From Candidatus Saccharimonadota bacterium (GTDB lineage Bacteria; Patescibacteriota; Saccharimonadia; Saccharimonadales; UBA4665), in contig CP023991.1 in the NCBI GenBank assembly GCA_003516025.1, forward strand, positions 510,001 through 542,000: a stretch of 32,000 bases of DNA, read 5' to 3'. Both the position numbers and the translations under genes were made by a program. The notes beneath the pieces are model-generated. The model had not been told where the DNA came from, ran no database searches, and saw nothing but the letters and a program-made list of their open reading frames with translations. Shown piece by piece: positions 24,852-32,000 of this stretch (positions are counted from its first letter, which is position 1; each line of letters opens with the position of its first letter).

Positions 24852-25078
24852 TTCTGAAGCTTAGCTATTGACATTTGCGGTTTAACCGATCAGACTACTA
24901 TGTAAGAAGTAGTGTACGTTTGGCGGTCTGAAGTTTTATTCAACAGATCCAAAAACTCCTTACGTAGTTAACCTTCGCGCGCAAAACTACAACAAGGTCA
25001 ATCACACAGTCTATTTATAGAGGTGGGAAGCCTAAACTCGTTTTTATAAATTCTATACAGGGGGCATAGTTCTAGCTT

Positions 25079-28000
25079 ATGGCCAAGACTACAGCAAAGA
25101 GTACTGCTAAGGCGTCCAGCTCACGTGTGTTTTACACGCAGGCTGATGACGCGACAAAACTACCAAATCTGGTTGATCACCAGAATAAATCATTCCAGTG
25201 GTTTGTTGACGAGGGTCTCGGTGAATTGTTGGCCGAAATCAGCCCAATCGACGACTATACCGGTACCAAACTGTCTTTAAGTTTCAAAGACTACCACTTT
25301 GACGAGCCGAAGACGTCCGAGTTTGACGCCCGTGACAATAACGTTTCTTACGAAGCGCCGCTTAAGGCTACCGTTGAACTGACGAATAAAGTAACCGGCG
25401 AAGTCAAGGAGCAGGAAATCTACCTTGGTGATTTCCCGTGGATGACCAGCCGCGGTACATTCGTAATCAATGGCGCAGAGCGCGTCGTAGTTTCACAGCT
25501 GATCCGTTCAGCCGGTGTGTTCTTTACGGGCGACCAGCACGGCTCCACCAACTTGTACGGCGCCAAGGTTATTCCTGGCCGTGGCGCATGGTTGGAATTC
25601 GAGACCGCGGCTAACGGTGCTTTATACGTAAAAATTGACCGTAAGCGTAAAATCGCTGTCACGACTCTGTTGCGCGCCCTCGGTATGACCGAAGCCCGCA
25701 TCAAGGACTCATTTAAGCATGTTGACCAAGGTAAGCTGAGCTATATCGACGCTACCCTCGAAAAAGATCCAGCCAAGGGCCAGAACGACGCGCTCATCGA
25801 AGTATACCGCCGTCTCCGCCCGGGTGACCTGGCAACCGTCGATAACGCCCGCTCGCTGCTGGAAAATATGTTCTATAACTTCAAGCGCTTCGACTTTTCC
25901 CGCGTCGGCCGCTATAAGATCAACAAGCGTTTGAACCTCGATGTCGCCAACACTACCGAAAACCGTGTTATGCGCCTTGAGGACCTGGAAGCTATCATCG
26001 CTGAAATCATCCGCCTCAACAACACGCAGGAACCTGCCGATGACATCGACTCACTGGCTAACCGCCGAGTGAAATTAGTTGGTGAGCTCGTACAGCGCCA
26101 GTTCCGCATCGGGCTGCTGCGCATGGAGCGTAACACTAAAGACCGCATGTCTATGAGCGAGATTGAGACTGTCCAGCCTGGCCAGCTCATCAACGCCCGC
26201 CCTGTGGTCGCGGCTGTAAGGGAATTCTTTGCCTCTTCACAGCTGTCACAGTTCATGGACCAGATTAACCCGCTTTCCGAGCTGGCTCATAAGCGCCGCC
26301 TGAGTTCGATGGGTCCTGGTGGACTTTCCCGCGAACGCGCTGGTTTTGAAGTCCGCGACGCCCACGCGACTCACTACGGCCGTATTGACGCCGTTGAAAC
26401 TCCTGAAGGTGCCAACATCGGTCTTGTATTGAACCTGGCTTACTATGCCCGTATTAACGAGTATGGTTTCATTGAAACCCCTTACCGCAAAGTGGTCACC
26501 GCCGTAACGGCCAAGGATGCCGCTGGCCATATTGCCAGCGTTAATCTGGAAGACAAAGAAGGCAAGTTGATCGTTGCCGCCGGTAAGACCATTACTGAAG
26601 CTGACGCCACGAAGTTGGCTACAGTCGAAGGACAGGTTACCTGGCCGGTTAAGGCGACTGTTACTCACGACATCGTCTACCTCGATGCCTACGACGAAGA
26701 AGTTGCCGTTATCGCCGGCGCGGGTATCGCGCTTGATGAGAACAGCCGCTTCATTGATGAGCGCGTTTCTGCCCGTAACCGCCTGCGCTCAAGCGAAGTT
26801 GACGCCGATGATGTCACGCACATGGACGCCGCCCGTAACCAGATTATTGGTTCCAGTGCCGGTCTGATCCCATTCATTGAAAAGAACTACGTGTACCGCT
26901 CGCTCATGGGTAGTAACCAGCAACGACAGGCTGTGCCGCTTATTAAGCCACAAAGCCCGGTCGTTGGTACTGGTCTCGAAGAAGCTGCCGCCCGTAACAC
27001 CGGCCAGGTTATTATTGCCGAAGCCGACGGTGAAGTATTGCAGGCTACCGGTGACAAAGTTACCGTTAAGTACGCGGACGACAACCTGGGTACCGTAGAT
27101 TACGCTCCGCAGCATTTCGTACGTTCAAACGAAGGTACTAGCATCAACCAACGCGTTGTTGTCTCGACTGGCGATAAAGTCAGTGAAGGTGACATTTTAG
27201 TCGAAGGTATGTCGATTGCCGGTGGTGAACTAGCTCTTGGTAAAGACCTCCTTGCCGCATTCATGCCTTGGGGTGGCTACAACTTCGAAGACGCCATTAT
27301 CGTCTCCCGCCGTTTGGTAGAAGACGACACGCTTACCAGCATCCACATTGTTGACTATATGCTGGAAGTCCGCGAAACCAAGCTTGGACCTGAGGTTGTC
27401 ACCCGCGATATCCCGAACGTTTCAGAAGACACCCTGCGCCATCTCGATGAAGACGGTATCGTCCGCATCGGCGCGGAAGTACATCCTGGTGACATTTTGG
27501 TTGGTAAGATTACTCCAAAGGGTGAGCAGGAACTGAGCTCTGAAGAGCGGCTGCTCCGCGCTATCTTTGGTGAAAAAGCCAAAGAAGTCCGTGATACTTC
27601 ACAGCGCATGAGCAACGGCAAGCACGGTAAAGTTGTTGGCGTCAAAGTATTCAGCCGCGAAAACGGCCATGAACTGAAAGCCGGCGTCCTGATGCAAATC
27701 CAGGTCTTCGTGGCTCAGATGCGCAAAATATCCGTTGGCGATAAGCTCGGTGGACGCCACGGTAACAAGGGTGTCATTGCCCGTATTCTTCCTATCGAAG
27801 ACATGCCGTTTACCGAAGACGGTACCCCAATCGATATCATCCTGAACCCGCTCGGTGTACCAAGCCGTATGAACATCGGTCAGTTATTTGAAACCCACCT
27901 TGGTATGGCCGCCCGTGCCCTCGGCATTAAAGTTGCCAGCCCATCATTCAATGGTGTTCCAGCAGAAAAGATCCAGGAACTCCTGGCCAGCGTCGGTTTG

Positions 28001-28663
28001 CCGGAAGATGGCAAGCAGCAGTTGTACGACGGCCGCACCGGTGAAGCTTTTAAGGAGCGCACTACTGTTGGTAGCATGTACATGATCAAGCTGAACCACA
28101 TGGTCGCCGATAAGATCCACGCCCGCTCGACTGGTCCATACACTATGGTTACCCAGCAGCCGCTTGGTGGTAAGGCACAAAATGGTGGCCAGCGCTTCGG
28201 AGAAATGGAAGTATGGGCACTGGAAGCTTATGGTGCTGCTACAACCCTGCAGGAAATGCTGACTATTAAGTCCGACGACGTCTATGGCCGTTCCAAGGCT
28301 TACGAGTCAATCATTAAGAAGATGCCGATTGTCGGACCAAAGGTTCCAGAAAGCTTTAACGTGCTTGTCAAGGAACTGCAAGGCCTCGGCCTTAAGGTTG
28401 ATCTGATCGACCTGGAAGCCAACCAAACGGTTGACGCTGAAAATATTTTAGGCGCCAACATCCAGGAAGAATCATCAGCTATGGCTGATATCGACGTGCC
28501 AACTCCAGAGGTTTCAACCCTGGAAATGAGCGAAGACGAAGCAATGAATGAATTCTCAATTGTTGACGTTGATGATGAACTACATGATTCGACCGAAGAA
28601 ACTAACCAGACCGTCACCGCGGTTAACACCGGTGACACTAATGACGAGGAGGCTGAAGCCTAA
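25079..28663 (+). CDS. rpoB: DNA-directed RNA polymerase subunit beta
   Basis: 1194 aa. Has the Rif-region block SSQLSQFMDQINPLSELAHKRRLSSMGPGGLSRERAGFEVRD. Also has GYNFEDAI, GRHGNKGV, PSRMNIGQ and GGQRFGEMEVWALEAYGAA, plus an acidic C-terminal tail. Confidence 0.97.
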   Translation: MAKTTAKSTAKASSSRVFYTQADDATKLPNLVDHQNKSFQWFVDEGLGELLAEISPIDDYTGTKLSLSFKDYHFDEPKTSEFDARDNNVSYEAPLKATVELTNKVTGEVKEQEIYLGDFPWMTSRGTFVINGAERVVVSQLIRSAGVFFTGDQHGSTNLYGAKVIPGRGAWLEFETAANGALYVKIDRKRKIAVTTLLRALGMTEARIKDSFKHVDQGKLSYIDATLEKDPAKGQNDALIEVYRRLRPGDLATVDNARSLLENMFYNFKRFDFSRVGRYKINKRLNLDVANTTENRVMRLEDLEAIIAEIIRLNNTQEPADDIDSLANRRVKLVGELVQRQFRIGLLRMERNTKDRMSMSEIETVQPGQLINARPVVAAVREFFASSQLSQFMDQINPLSELAHKRRLSSMGPGGLSRERAGFEVRDAHATHYGRIDAVETPEGANIGLVLNLAYYARINEYGFIETPYRKVVTAVTAKDAAGHIASVNLEDKEGKLIVAAGKTITEADATKLATVEGQVTWPVKATVTHDIVYLDAYDEEVAVIAGAGIALDENSRFIDERVSARNRLRSSEVDADDVTHMDAARNQIIGSSAGLIPFIEKNYVYRSLMGSNQQRQAVPLIKPQSPVVGTGLEEAAARNTGQVIIAEADGEVLQATGDKVTVKYADDNLGTVDYAPQHFVRSNEGTSINQRVVVSTGDKVSEGDILVEGMSIAGGELALGKDLLAAFMPWGGYNFEDAIIVSRRLVEDDTLTSIHIVDYMLEVRETKLGPEVVTRDIPNVSEDTLRHLDEDGIVRIGAEVHPGDILVGKITPKGEQELSSEERLLRAIFGEKAKEVRDTSQRMSNGKHGKVVGVKVFSRENGHELKAGVLMQIQVFVAQMRKISVGDKLGGRHGNKGVIARILPIEDMPFTEDGTPIDIILNPLGVPSRMNIGQLFETHLGMAARALGIKVASPSFNGVPAEKIQELLASVGLPEDGKQQLYDGRTGEAFKERTTVGSMYMIKLNHMVADKIHARSTGPYTMVTQQPLGGKAQNGGQRFGEMEVWALEAYGAATTLQEMLTIKSDDVYGRSKAYESIIKKMPIVGPKVPESFNVLVKELQGLGLKVDLIDLEANQTVDAENILGANIQEESSAMADIDVPTPEVSTLEMSEDEAMNEFSIVDVDDELHDSTEETNQTVTAVNTGDTNDEEAEA

Positions 28664-31600
28664 TGCGCAAGTATAACTACGGCACAAGCATTTCTGACTT
28701 TACGGCAGTACGACTCGCTGTAGCTAGCCCGGACGACATTCTGGAATGGAGCTATGGTGAGGTTACCAAGCCAGAAACTATTAACTATCGTACACAAAAG
28801 CCGGAACGTGATGGTTTGTTCTGCGAACGGATCTTCGGACCAGTTAAGGACATTAATCCGCACGACGCGAAATACAAGGGTGTCCGCTCACGCGAAGCCG
28901 CTGTCGACAAGAACGGTGAATTAGTCACTAAGAGTATCGTCCGCCGCGAACGCATGGGCCACATCTCTTTGGCTGTCCCCGTCGCCCATATCTGGTTCCT
29001 CCGCGGCACTCCCAGTGCTATCGGTTTGCTTCTCGGCATGACTGTTAAGAACCTGGAGCGCGTCGCTTATTTCGCAGCTTACATCGTCAAAGATGTAGAT
29101 ACCGCGAAACGTGACCAAATGCTGGCCGATAAGGAAGCTGAATTCGCAGCCGCCAAGGAAGCAATCCGCCTTCGCTTTGAAGCTGAGTCACAGAAAGAAG
29201 ACGCTAACATCAAGGCTCTGGCCGAAATGCAAACCAAGGAACTCGAAGAAGTTCAACAGGACTTTGAAACCCTCAAGAACCAGCTGACCAGCCTAGAGCG
29301 CCTGCACCTGCTGAACGACACCGATTACCGCGCGCTTCCTCGTGAACTGCGTGATATGATCAGCGTCGGCATGGGTGGTGAATCTCTGCGCGACCTGCTG
29401 GAGACTATTAATTTGAAGGAATTGATCGCTGAACTCTCGACCGAAGCTGAAGAGGCAAAGGGACAGCGTAAGAAGAAGATTATGAAGCGCCTGCGCCTGC
29501 TGGAAAGCATGGACCGCGCTAACATCAAGCCTTCAAGTATGTGCATTAGCGTTCTGCCGGTTATTCCTCCAGACCTGCGCCCAATGGTCCAGTTGACTGG
29601 TGGCCGTTTCGCGACCTCCGACTTAAACGACCTGTACCGCCGTGTCATCAACCGTAACAACCGCCTGAAGAAGCTGATCGACCTCAACGCGCCGGAAGTT
29701 ATCCGCCGCAACGAACAGCGTATGCTCCAGGAAGCCGTGGACGCCCTCATCGATAACAACAACGCCCGCAGTGGCCGTGCTGTTGCCGCTACCGGCCAGC
29801 GCCGCCGTCTGAAGTCACTCAGTGACCTCTTGAAGGGTAAGCAGGGACGTTTCCGTCAGAACCTGCTTGGTAAGCGCGTTGACTACTCAGGCCGTTCTGT
29901 TATTGTGGCTGGTCCTGAACTCAAGATTCACCAGTGTGGTCTGCCGAAGATGATGGCCCTTGAACTGTTCAAGCCATTCGTTATTGGCGAACTGATCGCC
30001 GATGAGCACGCTCACAACATCCGTTCCGCGACCCGCATGATTGAAACTGGTGACGTCGCCGTTTGGGACGCCCTCGACACCGTCATTAAGGGTAAGTACG
30101 TTCTGTTGAATCGTGCCCCATCCTTGCACCGCCTTTCAATCCAGGCCTTCCAGCCGGTACTTATCGAAGGCCGCGCCATCCAGCTGCACCCACTCGTCTG
30201 TAAGGGCTTCAACGCCGACTTCGATGGTGACCAGATGGCCGTCCACCTTCCTTTGAGCGATGATGCTCAGGCAGAGGCCCGCGACATCATGGCTGCTAAC
30301 AAGAATCTTCTGAAGCCAGCTGACGGTTCGCCAATTCTGCACGTTGAACAGGACATCGTCCTTGGTTGTTACTACCTCACGTACGACCGCCCTGACACCA
30401 ATAAAGTACCTTTCGTATATAGCGACATCAATGAAGCTATTTTGGCACTCGATGCCGGTAGCTTGACGCTCCAGAACCGCATCCGCGTACCATTCCGTGG
30501 CGAACGCCGCGAAACAACGCTTGGCCGCCTGCTGTTCAATGAAACCTTCCCGGATGATTTTCCATTCCAGGACGAGCCAATGACCAAGAAGCGTTTGCAG
30601 AAAGTACTGGCTGACGCTTACCAGGCTTACGGCCAGGAAGTAACCGCTGAACTCGCCGACAAGTTGAAAGACCTCGGATTTGAATACGCCACAATTTCCG
30701 GCCTCTCAATGGGTATGGGTGACTTCCATGCGGTTGAAGGTCTCGACGCCATGCTTGCTACCGGTGATACCCGCGCCAGTGCCATTTCAGAGCAGTTCGA
30801 ACAAGGTTTTATTACCGAAGACGAACGATACCGCTTGACCGTCGATAACTGGGCCCGCGTTGAAACGCAGGTACAGGACGCTTTAGCCGAACAGATGAAG
30901 GGCCGCGACAGCGCGACTGCTATCGCCATCAACTCTGGTGCCCGTGGTAACATCGGCCAGTTGAAGAACGCCGTTGGTATGCTTGGTGTCCAGTCCGACG
31001 CCTCCGGCCGCGCCATCGAACTTCCAGTCCGCTCCGGCTATGTCAAGGGTCTCAACCCGCTTGAATACTTTACGGGTACCCGTGGTACCCGTAAGGCGCT
31101 CATCGACATCGCCCTTAAAACCGCCGATGCCGGTTACCTGACGCGCCGCCTGGTAGACGTTTCTCAGGATGTCTTTACTATCGACGAAGAAGGCGACTCT
31201 AGCGATCCAGGCTTCGCGATGCTTCGGGCTGACGCTAAAGAGATTGGTGTTGGCTACGGCTCACGCCTGGTTGGCCGCTTTGCTGCCCAAGACGTCTCTA
31301 ACGGAAAAGTAGGTTACCTCAAAAAGGGTGAACGCTTTACTCCAGAAGTAGCTGCCAAGATCGACGCGGACGAGTCTCTCGACGCGGTCCGTATCATGAG
31401 CGCCCTCAGCTGTACCAGCGTCCGTGGAGTTCCACAGAAATCCTACGGTGTCGATCCGGCTACCGGTAACCTGGTTGCCAGCCACCACCCAATCGGTGTC
31501 ATCGCTGCCCAGTCTATCGGTGAGCCTGGTACGCAGTTGTCCCTCGACTCCAAGCACCGTTCCGGTGGTTTCGTCGCCGATGACACTGCGCAGGGTCTGT

Positions 31601-32000
31601 CCCGTATCGAGGAACTCTTCGAAGTCCGTACACCAAAGGGTCAGGCTTACCTGACTGACATTGCCGGTACGGCAAACACATGGGAAGAAGGCGACCACTA
31701 CGTGGTTCAGGTTACTGCCCATGATAAAGAAAACATCGAACTCGAAATTGGTGACCGCACGGTCCAGGTCAAGAGTGGTTCCGATGTTGCTATCGGTGAC
31801 GTCATTGCTTCACTCGAAGACGGCGCATCACCACTAATCGCACCAATGGCTGGCAAGGCCGAGGTCAGCGAAAAGACTATCATCATCACACCGGCCCGCA
31901 CCAGCGTGGTCCGCTACGAAATCCCTGGCTTCAAGCAATTGCAAGTCAAGGACGGTGATGAAGTCGAAGCCGGCCAGCGCTTGACTAACGGTTCCATTAA
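28663..32000 (+). CDS. rpoC: DNA-directed RNA polymerase subunit beta-prime (3' end outside the window)
   Basis: It is absent from the ORF track because there is no stop in the window, so I translated it by hand. The start overlaps the rpoB stop (TAATG). Motifs found are [39 protein letters not shown], the bridge helix [17 protein letters not shown], and [12 protein letters not shown]. Confidence 0.95.
   Translation, partial: [1112 protein letters not shown]

Noticed and set aside
24868-24940. TTGACA hexamer (24868-24873) and nested hairpins (TCAGAC/GTCTGA, ACTACT/AGTAGT) upstream of rpoB, considered as a promoter, terminator or attenuator
   Set aside because: The best -10 at correct spacing is a poor CAGACT. 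The stems are short and AT-rich, partly mutually exclusive, and lack a clean U-tract.
26190-26290. rpoB rifampicin-region substitution (DQNNP to DQINP, E. coli N518 equivalent), considered as a resistance marker
   Set aside because: This position varies naturally among phyla (N/T). The key residues D516, H526 and S531 are all retained.
1-32000. Alternative genetic code (UGA recoding, as in some CPR lineages)
   Set aside because: Conserved genes read through at full expected length with no in-frame TGA. Several genes end on TGA exactly where the next gene begins (575, 16016, 23373). This fits the standard bacterial code.
1-32000. CRISPR arrays, transposases, integrases, phage genes, toxin-antitoxin or other defence systems
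   Set aside because: I found no direct-repeat/spacer arrays, terminal inverted repeats or recognisable mobile or defence protein motifs. The only long-range DNA repeat seen is the CIRCE pair.

Overview
The window is a densely packed, mostly housekeeping stretch of a small-genome bacterium with about 50% GC and the standard genetic code. Every gene from 13956 to the end lies on the + strand. Gene content and protein style (ClpC-type unfoldase, class A PBP, no rplJL upstream of rpoB, many overlapping start/stop codons) fit a Gram-positive-like or CPR/Saccharibacteria-like lineage. That assignment is inference only. Gene order is rnhB, DUF1653, yraN, pepN(-), nusA, clpC, an HExxH membrane protein, radA, PBP1A(-), tyrS, a SAM methyltransferase, a NUDIX hydrolase, recG, a PLC/P1-nuclease-like protein, rsmD, tRNA-Leu(UAG), a small ORF, hisS, tig, a small exported protein, clpP, a GNAT-like protein, rpoB and rpoC (3' partial). 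I found no mobile elements, CRISPR arrays or rRNA. Four observations deserve follow-up. (1) Two near-identical CIRCE/HrcA operators sit upstream of clpC and clpP, each with a -35 hexamer inside its 9-nt spacer. (2) The RNAP beta-prime has lost the cysteine ligands of both structural zinc sites and has a strongly diverged trigger-loop arm, although the flanking motifs are canonical. (3) Several genes have a -10 box placed 6-8 nt from the ATG and no Shine-Dalgarno, suggesting leaderless mRNAs. (4) There is a promoter-proximal terminator hairpin and a GTAAC/GTTAC repeat array in front of nusA. Two uncharacterised zinc-motif proteins and a TIGN variant of the TyrRS HIGH motif are also flagged. All alignments were made by eye against remembered reference sequences and need computational confirmation.
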